Numbered from the stretch's first letter, positions 27,010-34,203 are shown. The stretch: DNA of 34,836 nt from an uncultured Planctomycetales bacterium (GCA_964400365.1 CAYNTZ010000002.1:1-34836), one strand, 5' to 3'. The notes: generated by a model not told the origin, from the letters alone. A program made the numbers and translations.

Positions 27010-27228
27010 GGAATAAGAACCTATGAAGTGAACGTCGCTAATTCGGTGAACCCCCTTTTTAACTAGGGCAACACCGAGCTACCTTGCAATATAAGGGAGT
27101 GTAGAGACTTTACACGACGGGGCTGAAATGCCTAAGAGAAAGTCCGGCCAGCAAGCCGTAAGGTGGTCAGGGTAACCTGATGCTGGATGCTAAGCTGTGG
27201 GTCGCACGTTCGATTCGTGCCAGGGACG
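26956..27228 (+). tRNA. tRNA-Arg (anticodon TCT) interrupted by a group I intron between positions 34 and 35
   Basis: The 5' exon is GTCCCTGTAGCTCAGTTGGATAGAGCAACAGCCTT (26956-90). The 3' exon is CTAAGCTGTGGGTCGCACGTTCGATTCGTGCCAGGGACG (27190-228). Joined, they give a 74-nt cloverleaf with anticodon loop CTTCTAA. As I remember it, this is nearly collinear with E. coli argU. A T-run follows the 3' end. Confidence 0.85.
26991..27189 (+). ncRNA. Group I self-splicing intron (IC3-like, ORF-less, 199 nt)
   Basis: Core pairings are visible by eye:
- P2 TATAGG/CCTATG
- P3 CGTCG (27033-37)/CGACG (27115-19)
- P4 TTCGGTG/CACCGAG
- P6 CTACCTT/AAGGGAG
- P7 GACTTT (27106-11)/AAAGTC (27139-44), within an R-like GTAGAGACTTTACACGACGG and an S-like TAAGAGAAAGTCCGG
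- P8 GGGC/GCCT
- P9 CCAGCA/TGCTGG, enclosing a GTAA-tetraloop hairpin

The terminal G is at 27189. From memory, it is very similar to the Azoarcus tRNA-Ile and cyanobacterial tRNA-Leu introns. Confidence 0.8.
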
Positions 27229-27253
27229 CTTTTTTATTAAGCGGGAGAATATC

Positions 27254-27664
27254 TTGCATCATACAAAAGTTAAAGCCGATATAGGCCTTTGCAAAGTAAT
27301 AACCGACCTTACTGTTAAAGGTTGTGTGCCTTGTGTTCCATTGTCTGAGCATCAGCCATTTGACCTTGTCGTGGTAACTTCTCAAGGTTCTCTGCTTAGG
27401 GTGCAAGTTAAGTACGCCTCGCTGAGAAAAAATGGCATTATTGAGGTAGGGTACAGGCGAAATTGGGCAGACAGGCACGGAACCCATACGCAAAGGTATT
27501 CGAAAGATGAGTTTGATTATTATGCCATCTATTGCCCAGAGAAAGATGTTGTTTTATACATTCCTAATACTGAGCGGTGTCCTAAGGCAATACGTTTTGA
27601 TAAAACTGCTAATAATCAAAGCCAATCAGTTAAGTGGGCCAAGGATTATTTAACCATTGAATAA
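27254..27664 (+). CDS. PD-(D/E)XK nuclease resembling the intron-encoded homing endonuclease I-Ssp6803I
   Basis: HHTKVKADIGLCKVITDLTVKGCVPCVPLSEHQPFDLVVV..LLRVQVKYAS gives a D...(E/Q)xK catalytic layout in the PF11645-type context. I chose the TTG at 27254, preceded by GGGAG, because the ORF-track start at 27197 lies inside the tRNA 3' exon. Confidence 0.65.
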   Translation: MHHTKVKADIGLCKVITDLTVKGCVPCVPLSEHQPFDLVVVTSQGSLLRVQVKYASLRKNGIIEVGYRRNWADRHGTHTQRYSKDEFDYYAIYCPEKDVVLYIPNTERCPKAIRFDKTANNQSQSVKWAKDYLTIE

Positions 27665-27698
27665 AGGCGTTTCAGTCTAGCGCTGTGGATATTTTTTA

Positions 27699-27727
27699 TT
27701 GTACTTTAAGAGCTTTTTTGCTATCCT
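27699..27727 (+). promoter_or_regulatory. Weak candidate promoter of tRNA-His
   Basis: TTGTAC, a 17-nt spacer and TATCCT end 24 nt before the tRNA. Confidence 0.2.
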
Positions 27728-27751
27728 ATTGCCCTTCGCAAAGTTCTTTAT

Positions 27752-27828
27752 GGTGGCTATAGTTCAGTTGGTAGAACACCTGATTGTGGTTCAGGATGTC
27801 GCCGGTTCGAGCCCGGTTAGCCACCCCA
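27752..27828 (+). tRNA. tRNA-His (anticodon GTG), with G-1 and encoded CCA
   Basis: G-1 precedes acceptor GTGGCTA/TAGCCAC. The D stem is GTTC/GAAC and the anticodon stem CCTGA/TCAGG with loop TTGTGGT. The T arm is GCCGG-TTCGAGC-CCGGT. Discriminator C is followed by CCA. Confidence 0.9.
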
Positions 27829-27845
27829 GTATTTTGATTAACGTA

Positions 27846-27883
27846 AACGCCTGTAACGGAATAAGTTGCAGGCGTTCTTTTTT
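27846..27883 (+). terminator. Rho-independent terminator after tRNA-His
   Basis: A 12-bp stem AACGCCTGTAAC/GTTGCAGGCGTT (one G-U) has loop GGAATAA and is followed by CTTTTTT. Confidence 0.75.
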
Positions 27884-27915
27884 GACCGTTGACGGGAATT
27901 TCGAACTTTTAGGAT

Positions 27916-27980
27916 ACATAGATAAGATTATCATTATCTACGGAAACATAGATTGACAAATTCTTATCTACGTTTTACAC
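27916..27980 (+). promoter_or_regulatory. Repeated operator-like motif overlapping a consensus promoter upstream of fic
   Basis: ACATAGAT-N10-TTATCTACG occurs twice, 30 nt apart (27916-42 and 27946-72). The first copy contains the inverted repeat TAGATAA/TTATCTA. TTGACA (27952-57), a 17-nt spacer and TACACT (27975-80) follow. The ATG at 27988 has no SD, so the transcript may be leaderless. Confidence 0.35.
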
Positions 27981-27987
27981 TTATATC

Positions 27988-29112
27988 ATGAATCGAACAG
28001 GAAGACACATATCTCAATTGCAAGGTGAGTCGCAATATAAGGCGTTTATTCCATACGCCTTGCCTTTTTCTTTACGTTGGGATGATAAGCTTCAACAATT
28101 AGTTTCTCAAGCGGATCAAGCATTGGGGAGATTAGACGGTATTGCTGAGATTTTACCCGATGTAAATTTTTTTATTTTTATGTATATCCGTAAAGAAGCA
28201 ACTTTATCTAGTCAAGTGGAAGGTACGCAGGCTACTTTTTCGGATGTCTTAAAAGCAGAAGCAAAAATACAAGACCAGGAAATACACAAAGACGTTGATG
28301 AAATTCAGAATTACATTAAGGCAATGAACCATGGTCTAGAACGTATTCAATCCTTTCCATTGTCATGGAGATTAGTTAGAGAGATACATGCGACGTTACT
28401 TAAAGGTGTGCGTGGTGAAAATAAGTATCCAGGAGAATTCCGTAATACACAAAATTGGGTGGGGGGAGCTACTATCCGCACGGCACGATATATTCCACCG
28501 CCTCCTCATGAAATGAGAGTTTCACTGGATAATCTTGAGAAATTCATGCATGATAATTCAGATATTCCCGTATTGGTTAAGGCAGCATTGCTTCATGCGC
28601 AATTCGAAACAATTCACCCTTTCTTAGATGGAAATGGAAGAGTCGGGCGTTTACTCATAACTTTTTATTTATGTCAGCAAAAGGTTTTGTCGAAGCCGCT
28701 CCTTTATCTATCTGAATATTTTAAAAAATATCGTAGTGATTATTATGAAAGACTTGATAGTTATCATGAAAAGGATGACATTGAAGGTTGGATTAAATTC
28801 TTTTTAGAGGGCGTAGCACTGACCTCTCAAAATGCTGTATCGACGACTAGGAAAATTCTGAAATTGCGTGAGCAAGATTTAAGTAAGGTAATGGCGATGG
28901 GACGATCTCAATATGGGAAAAAGCTTTTAGATTTACTTTATAAATCTCCATACATAAAGATTAAGGACGTCGAGAAGGCGTCAGGGTTGAGTAACCCTAA
29001 TGCTTTAGCTTTAGTTCGTAAGTTTGAGAAAGCTAACGTTTTAAAAGAGATTACTGGTCAGCAAAGGAATCGCGTGTACGCTTATCAAGACTATCTAAAA
29101 TTATTTGAATAG
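27988..29112 (+). CDS. Fic-family protein (AMPylase-type, class II layout) with C-terminal winged-helix region
   Basis: The canonical Fic motif HPFLDGNGRVGRLL is present. An N-terminal inhibitory-helix-like motif SSQVEG, i.e. (S/T)xxxE(G/N), is also present. The size fits (374 aa). Confidence 0.9.
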   Translation: MNRTGRHISQLQGESQYKAFIPYALPFSLRWDDKLQQLVSQADQALGRLDGIAEILPDVNFFIFMYIRKEATLSSQVEGTQATFSDVLKAEAKIQDQEIHKDVDEIQNYIKAMNHGLERIQSFPLSWRLVREIHATLLKGVRGENKYPGEFRNTQNWVGGATIRTARYIPPPPHEMRVSLDNLEKFMHDNSDIPVLVKAALLHAQFETIHPFLDGNGRVGRLLITFYLCQQKVLSKPLLYLSEYFKKYRSDYYERLDSYHEKDDIEGWIKFFLEGVALTSQNAVSTTRKILKLREQDLSKVMAMGRSQYGKKLLDLLYKSPYIKIKDVEKASGLSNPNALALVRKFEKANVLKEITGQQRNRVYAYQDYLKLFE

Positions 29113-29177
29113 GGATATCGAGAAGCGGTTCCAGACAGTTTATTGTTCTAGAAAATAAGTACAAGAAATTTGGTATT

Positions 29178-30233
29178 ATGTCGGAATCTGCACATGATAT
29201 AAATGGCACAGAAGAGGAAGAAATACAGAATGTTGCCTTTGGAAGACCGCATCTTTTCATTCTGGGTGCTGGAGCTAGTAGGGCAGCTTTTCCGGAGGGT
29301 GAACGCCAAGGTAAGAAGCTGCCTTTAATGGAAGATTTTATTGAGGTAATGGAGTTGGCCCCATTGCTTAAGCAATGGGATGTTCCCTATAAAGAAGTAA
29401 ATTTTGAACTCTTGTATAGTTCACTTCATTCAAATCCAAAATATTTAGCATTGTTGCCTTTAATTGAAGATAGAGTGTTTGGCTATTTCTCATCTTTAAA
29501 AATGCCTCACTCACCAACCCTTTACGATCATTTGGTGCTTTCTCTTCGACCCAAAGATGTGGTGGCCACTTTTAATTGGGACCCTTTCCTTTATTGGAGT
29601 TTGTGTAGAAATCATAAATATGCCGATATGCCCCACACATTATTTTTGCACGGCAATGTTGGTATAGGATATTGCATGGGTGATAAAACAATGGGCGTTA
29701 ATGGTCAGAAATGTAGTAAATGTCAGAAAGTTTTTACTAATACGCCGCTTTTGTATCCTGTGGCCAAGAAGGATTATACGGCTGATCCTTTTATTAAGAT
29801 CTGTTGGGATGAGGTGAAAAGGTCAATGAAGAATGCCTATATGTTGACCATTTTCGGATATAGTGCGCCTACCACTGACGTTGAAGCAATAACGCTGCTT
29901 AAAGAAGGGTGGGGCGATGCGACTAAACGGGAACTAGAAGAGGTGGAGATTATTGATATAAAGAAAAGAGATGTTTTAGAGGAAACTTGGTCCCAATTTA
30001 TTCATTCCCATCATTCGAGAATTTCTGATGCCTTTTATAATTCTTTCTTAGCCCGGCATCCTAGGCGGTCATGTGAGGCTATGTGGGAAATGTTAATGCA
30101 ATGCAGGCTGTACCCCGAGCGTAAATTTCCTAAAGATGCTTCGTTTAATGAATTATGGGATTGGATTAAACCTCTTGTGGAGCGAGAAAGAGAAGTAAAG
30201 GTGGAGGGTTCAAAGAAGGTTAATGAAGTCTAA
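29178..30233 (+). CDS. SIR2-like (SIR2_2 / DHS-like NAD-binding fold) protein
   Basis: The ordered motifs are LFILGAGASRAAF (GAGxS), ATFNWDPF (TTNYD-like Asn), LFLHGNVG (HLHG-like His) and IFGYSAPTTD (GYSxxD). I recognise no other domain. Confidence 0.6.
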   Translation: MSESAHDINGTEEEEIQNVAFGRPHLFILGAGASRAAFPEGERQGKKLPLMEDFIEVMELAPLLKQWDVPYKEVNFELLYSSLHSNPKYLALLPLIEDRVFGYFSSLKMPHSPTLYDHLVLSLRPKDVVATFNWDPFLYWSLCRNHKYADMPHTLFLHGNVGIGYCMGDKTMGVNGQKCSKCQKVFTNTPLLYPVAKKDYTADPFIKICWDEVKRSMKNAYMLTIFGYSAPTTDVEAITLLKEGWGDATKRELEEVEIIDIKKRDVLEETWSQFIHSHHSRISDAFYNSFLARHPRRSCEAMWEMLMQCRLYPERKFPKDASFNELWDWIKPLVEREREVKVEGSKKVNEV

Positions 30234-30242
30234 GTCGATAAA

Positions 30243-30275
30243 ACGGTTCGGATAACGTCCCGCCAGCGACCCCAG
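30243..30275 (+). repeat. Degenerate copy of the tRNA-His 3' end (possible att-like remnant)
   Basis: CGGTTCG...AGCGACCCCAGTTTT compares with tRNA-His CGGTTCG...AGCCACCCCAGTATTTT (27803-27834). The last 12 nt match at 11 of 12 positions. The internal spacing is 5 nt longer and the T stem is not preserved. Confidence 0.3.
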
Positions 30276-30280
30276 TTTTA

Positions 30281-30326
30281 TAACCCTTTATAAGGTTTTG
30301 CGGCCTTGTAAGGGGTTTTCTTTTTT
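30281..30326 (+). terminator. Rho-independent terminator after the SIR2-like gene
   Basis: A 14-bp stem AACCCTTTATAAGG/CCTTGTAAGGGGTT (two G-U pairs) has loop TTTTGCGG and is followed by TTCTTTTTTC. Confidence 0.7.
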
Positions 30327-30354
30327 CTTGAAATAGAGCGCAAATATGATATAT
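30327..30354 (+). promoter_or_regulatory. Candidate promoter of brnTA
   Basis: TTGAAA, a 16-nt spacer and TATATT end 13 nt before the brnT ATG. The small palindrome TACATTGTA lies just downstream. Confidence 0.35.
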
Positions 30355-30367
30355 TTACATTGTACAT

Positions 30368-30661
30368 ATGAATGATCTTAAATTTGATTGGGACAAGAGC
30401 AAGGCTTCATTAAATAAGAAGAAACATGGCATTTCTTTTGAAGAAGCTGTCACTGTTTTTTATGATGACGATGCTGTGGAATTTCATGATCCAGATCATT
30501 CGGATGATGAAGATAGATTCCTTATACTGGGTTTAAGTGTTACAACACGAATGTTAGTTGTTAGTCATTGTGTTAGGGAAGCAGGTTCAGTTATTAGGAT
30601 AATTTCAGCTAGAAAAGCAACTAAACTTGAAACTAAGACATATTGGGAGGAAAAGCCATGA
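30368..30661 (+). CDS. brnT: BrnT-family (DUF497) ribonuclease toxin
   Basis: FDWDKSKASLNKKKHGISFEEAVTVFYDD...RFLILG...RIISARKATKLE is the typical BrnT pattern, and the size fits (97 aa). Confidence 0.85.
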   Translation: MNDLKFDWDKSKASLNKKKHGISFEEAVTVFYDDDAVEFHDPDHSDDEDRFLILGLSVTTRMLVVSHCVREAGSVIRIISARKATKLETKTYWEEKP

Positions 30662-30873
30662 GAGCAGAATACGATTTTTCTAAAATGAAGTTGCGGCGTA
30701 ATCCTTATGCCGCCCGTTTGAAGAAGCCGGTCACTATTCGTCTGGGTTCGGATATTATCAGCTATTTTAAGTCGATGGCTAAGGAAATGGGTGTGCCTTA
30801 TCAGAATTTAATCAATTTATATTTGAGAGATTGTGTGCAAGCTCACCGAAAGATTGAATGGATAGCTCATTAA
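30658..30873 (+). CDS. brnA: BrnA-family antitoxin (CopG/RHH-like)
   Basis: It shows EYDFSKMK..NPYA..KKPVTIRLGSDIISYFKSMAKEMGVPYQNLINLYLRDC. The ATG at 30658 follows GGAGG and overlaps the brnT stop (ATGA). Confidence 0.85.
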   Translation: MRAEYDFSKMKLRRNPYAARLKKPVTIRLGSDIISYFKSMAKEMGVPYQNLINLYLRDCVQAHRKIEWIAH

Positions 30874-30947
30874 TATGGATTTAAATTTATCATGGCGGTA
30901 AATTATGGCGACAATAAATCCACACATTAATTTCAACATTTAATATT

Positions 30948-31304
30948 ATGATCCGAGCATATCGTCTTTATACTGGTCCTGATGGTCATTCTCACGTGGA
31001 GCGTGGGAGCGTGAAGTCAGATGCGTTGGTCGCGGCAGAATCCGTCCATTTTAAGGAAACACCCGCACATGCAGTGTACGATTGGCATCCCGCGCCTATC
31101 CCTCAGTATGTCATTACGTTAACGGGTGTGCTTGAATTTACAGTCTTTAGCGGCGAAACATTCACGGTTCATCCAGGCGAGGTTCTCTTGGCGTTGGATA
31201 TTACTGGTTCAGGCCACAAGTGGCGTTTAATCAACGACGAACCATGGAGACGCGCCTATGTGGTGTTTAAGCAAGGCGCGGATACTCATTTCATGCCGGA
31301 TTAA
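30948..31304 (+). CDS. Small cupin-like protein
   Basis: This 118-aa beta-rich protein has a single-domain cupin-like pattern (..HPAPIPQYVITLTGVLEF..GE..HPGEVLLALD..GHKW). The assignment is tentative. Confidence 0.45.
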   Translation: MIRAYRLYTGPDGHSHVERGSVKSDALVAAESVHFKETPAHAVYDWHPAPIPQYVITLTGVLEFTVFSGETFTVHPGEVLLALDITGSGHKWRLINDEPWRRAYVVFKQGADTHFMPD

Positions 31305-31327
31305 AGAAATAGGGTGCTGTCTCTAAT

Positions 31328-32644
31328 TTAAGTGAACGCGCTCATGCCGGTGATGGCGCGACCTACCACCAAGCTATTGATTTGTTTTGTTCCCTCGTAA
31401 GAGTATAAGGCTTCCGCATCAGCGAGGAAGCGGCCCACATTGTTTGAAATTAGGATGCCGTTTCCGCCCATCAGCTCGCGCGACATGCTGGTGATTTGCC
31501 GGCAATTAACCGTACAAAATATCTTAGCCAGGGATGCTTGTTCATCTGAGATTTTCCCAAGGTCCTGCAATTGGCTTAAGCGGGCAACCATGCATTGCAT
31601 CGCGGTTAGTTGAGAAAGCATTTGGGCTAACATGTCTTGGGTCATTTGAAAAGCGGCGATTGGCCGTCCGAACTGATGGCGTTGCATGGTATAGGCCAAG
31701 GTATTCTCATAGGCGCCCTTGGCACAGCCCACCGCTTGCCAGGCCACCCCGGCGCGAGTTTTCTTTAACACAGCGGCGGTGTCTTTAAACGAGTTTGCTT
31801 TTTGAAGACGGCGTTCTTCCGGTATCTTACAATCTTTAAGTGTAATTAAGGCGTTTTGCACCGTACGCAGGGACATCTTATCTTCGATTTTCTCGGTGGT
31901 AAGCCCTGGTGTTTCACGGTCAACAATAAAGCCTTTGACTTGGTGGTCAGCGTCATCCTTAGCCCAGATGATAATGTAATCCGCAAAGGTCGCATTCCCG
32001 ATCCATTTCTTTTGGCCGGAAATTGTCCACGTATCACCATTGCGTTTGCAGGTGGTCTTAAGACCCATCGAAGCCGCAGAGCCTACATCGGGTTCAGTGA
32101 GGCCAAAGGCCCCGATTTTATCTAAAGATATCATCGAGGGTAAGAACTTTTTCCTTTGCTCGTCGGATCCGCAGAGGTCGATGGAATTCATCGCCAGCCC
32201 GCTGTGAACACCCCAAAAGGTACAGATGGATGTGTCGGTACGGGCAATTTCTTCACCGATCATGCCTTCTAATAAGTAAGATTTCCCTAAGCCGCCCAAT
32301 GATTTATCAAAGGTTAACCCAGCGATTTTCAGTTTTTTTAGGCCATTAATGATTTGAAAGGGGAATTCTGATTTCAGCCAACATTCATTGGCGATGGGCT
32401 TTACTTCAGTCAGCATAAATTCACGGACTTGGGTCAGCAGTTTTCGGTCATCGTCGGTCAATAAGGCATGGGTGTCATAAAAGTCAGCATTAATTTCAGG
32501 GAATTTCTGGTGCTTGCGCTTCTTGATTTTACGTGCCTGGTCTAAGAGTAGGAGAATGTCTTCTGCTTCCGTCTCTTTTAGGAAAGAAAGCAGGTGGGGG
32601 AGGCTAGCTAATTTGACAGATAGATTATTCCAGAGATTTTCCAA
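31328..32644 (-). CDS. Acyl-CoA dehydrogenase family protein (glutaryl-CoA dehydrogenase-like) with N-terminal extension
   Basis: It shows GLTEPDVGSAAS, KKWIGNATFADYIIIWAK, QFGRPIAAFQ and the catalytic-base context YSYEGT. Confidence 0.85.
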   Translation of the reverse strand: MENLWNNLSVKLASLPHLLSFLKETEAEDILLLLDQARKIKKRKHQKFPEINADFYDTHALLTDDDRKLLTQVREFMLTEVKPIANECWLKSEFPFQIINGLKKLKIAGLTFDKSLGGLGKSYLLEGMIGEEIARTDTSICTFWGVHSGLAMNSIDLCGSDEQRKKFLPSMISLDKIGAFGLTEPDVGSAASMGLKTTCKRNGDTWTISGQKKWIGNATFADYIIIWAKDDADHQVKGFIVDRETPGLTTEKIEDKMSLRTVQNALITLKDCKIPEERRLQKANSFKDTAAVLKKTRAGVAWQAVGCAKGAYENTLAYTMQRHQFGRPIAAFQMTQDMLAQMLSQLTAMQCMVARLSQLQDLGKISDEQASLAKIFCTVNCRQITSMSRELMGGNGILISNNVGRFLADAEALYSYEGTKQINSLVVGRAITGMSAFT

Positions 32645-32767
32645 GTGAGCTCCTTGATCATGAAAACGGGTTGATACATCTTCTTTTATGTTAGTGTAAA
32701 TTGTGTTATGGTTAGGTGCAAGTATTTACTTGATCTTTATGATATTTGATTAATGTAAGGAAAATTA

Positions 32768-33346
32768 ATGCTACGCCAAACTAAACATTTAATGACTCAA
32801 ACGGATACGCGCAAGCTAACGGCTAGTGATGCGGAGGTGACCTTTGTGGGTAGGTCTAACGCGGGGAAGAGCTCGCTTATTAATGCCTTATGTGACAAAA
32901 AGAACATGGCCCATGTGTCACAGCTTCCTGGAAAGACTCGGACGATTAATGTGTATGAAGTTAAGCCATACCGCTGGATGGTTGATCTTCCTGGCTATGG
33001 ATTTGCGGTTGGCACAAAATCAGGCAAGGCAGATTTTGGGCCGATGATTGAAGAGTACTTAAGCAGCAGGGAGAACCTGCGCATGGTCTTTGTGGTTTGC
33101 GATGCTGTTGCAGGTCCTACAAAATTAGATATCTTAATGATCAACTGGTTGATACATAACAAGTATCCCTTTAACATCATTATCAATAAGATCGACAAGA
33201 TTGGGCCTGCCAAGCTTGAGGCCAGGCAAAAGGAAATTGCTGGCCAACTTGGTATTGATCCTGCAGATATTTATTGGGTCAGTTCAAAGAACAAAATCTA
33301 CATAGAACCTTTGCAAAATCTGATCATTAAATTATTAAACGATTAA
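32768..33346 (+). CDS. engB: Ribosome-biogenesis GTPase EngB/YsxC/YihA
   Basis: G1 is GRSNAGKSSLINAL, G3 is DLPGYGFA and G4 is NKIDK. Confidence 0.9.
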   Translation: MLRQTKHLMTQTDTRKLTASDAEVTFVGRSNAGKSSLINALCDKKNMAHVSQLPGKTRTINVYEVKPYRWMVDLPGYGFAVGTKSGKADFGPMIEEYLSSRENLRMVFVVCDAVAGPTKLDILMINWLIHNKYPFNIIINKIDKIGPAKLEARQKEIAGQLGIDPADIYWVSSKNKIYIEPLQNLIIKLLND

Positions 33347-33357
33347 AGTGGCTTAAA

Positions 33358-34182
33358 ATGACAAAATCCATCAAAGATTATAAGATTACGGATCAAATGT
33401 TGGCTTCTGTTGTTCGTTTTTCAGAAGATTCAATTATCATCACCACTAATGATTTAGACTTGCCTGGCCCTCAGATTATTTATGTTAATCCGGGGTTTAC
33501 TAGAATGTTTGGTTATAGCCCTGAAGAAATTATCGGAAAGACGCCAAGGATTCTTCAGGGTCCTAAAACCGATAGGGCGGTGATACAGCGTTTAAAGACA
33601 ACGTTAAAAGAGGGAGGGGTGTTTTTTGGGCAGGCGATCAATTATCGTAAGGATGGTACAGAGTTCTGGAACGAGTGGCATATTGAGCCTATCAGGGATG
33701 ATTTGGGGGCTGTTGAATACTATGTCGCAATACAGCGTAATATTACACAGAGAAAAGAGTCAGAGCAGGCTATTGAGCAAAAGAATTCAGCTTTAAAAGA
33801 AATCATCGAGCAGATTGAGATTGAGAAGAAGGGTGTTAAGGAAGATGTATTCTTGAATGTTGAGGAAGTGTTGTTGCCCGCCTTAAAGAAATTGCGCCGC
33901 AAAGGTAGTCCGCTTGATAAGAAATATTTGGATATTCTTGAAAAGAATCTAAAGAGCCTGACATCTTCCTTTGGTAGAAATGTCTCTCAGAAGAAATTTA
34001 AGTTATCCCCGCGTGAAATTGAAATAGCCAATCTAATTAAAAGTGGGGTTAGTAGTAAAGAGATTTGCGCCTTGCTAAATATCTCATTTAAAACAGTTGA
34101 AACCCATCGCAATAAAATCCGCAATAAACTAGATATCTTGAATAAAGATATTAATCTAACCACTTACCTTCAAACACTTTAG
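33358..34182 (+). CDS. LOV-like PAS domain (no adduct cysteine) fused to a LuxR-type HTH
   Basis: From memory, the PAS core aligns to LOV domains: IIYVNPGFTRMFGYSPEEIIGKTPRILQGPKTD against ..GKNCRFLQG..TD. The flavin-contacting NYRKDG, FWNEW and AIQRNIT equivalents are retained, but Cys is replaced by Pro. The C-terminus LSPREIEIANLIKSGVSSKEICALLNISFKTVETHRNKIRNKL is a LuxR/FixJ HTH. Confidence 0.8.
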   Translation: MTKSIKDYKITDQMLASVVRFSEDSIIITTNDLDLPGPQIIYVNPGFTRMFGYSPEEIIGKTPRILQGPKTDRAVIQRLKTTLKEGGVFFGQAINYRKDGTEFWNEWHIEPIRDDLGAVEYYVAIQRNITQRKESEQAIEQKNSALKEIIEQIEIEKKGVKEDVFLNVEEVLLPALKKLRRKGSPLDKKYLDILEKNLKSLTSSFGRNVSQKKFKLSPREIEIANLIKSGVSSKEICALLNISFKTVETHRNKIRNKLDILNKDINLTTYLQTL

Positions 34183-34203
34183 GAGTAAATTATCAATTCA
34201 TTT

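Noticed and set aside
27197-27253. The ORF track starts the PD-(D/E)XK ORF inside the tRNA-Arg 3' exon.
   Set aside because: That start would require translation through the tRNA and its T-run. A GGGAG-preceded TTG at 27254 gives an N-terminus matching the nuclease family layout.
27167-27493. A 108-aa ORF lies on the - strand.
   Set aside because: It is antisense to the group I intron 3' end, the tRNA-Arg 3' exon and the PD-(D/E)XK gene. It has no recognisable domain and is most likely a shadow ORF.
27699-27956. An 85-aa ORF lies on the + strand.
   Set aside because: It spans tRNA-His; its VQLVEHLIVVQDVAGSSPVSHP stretch is a translated tRNA. It also spans the terminator. It is spurious.
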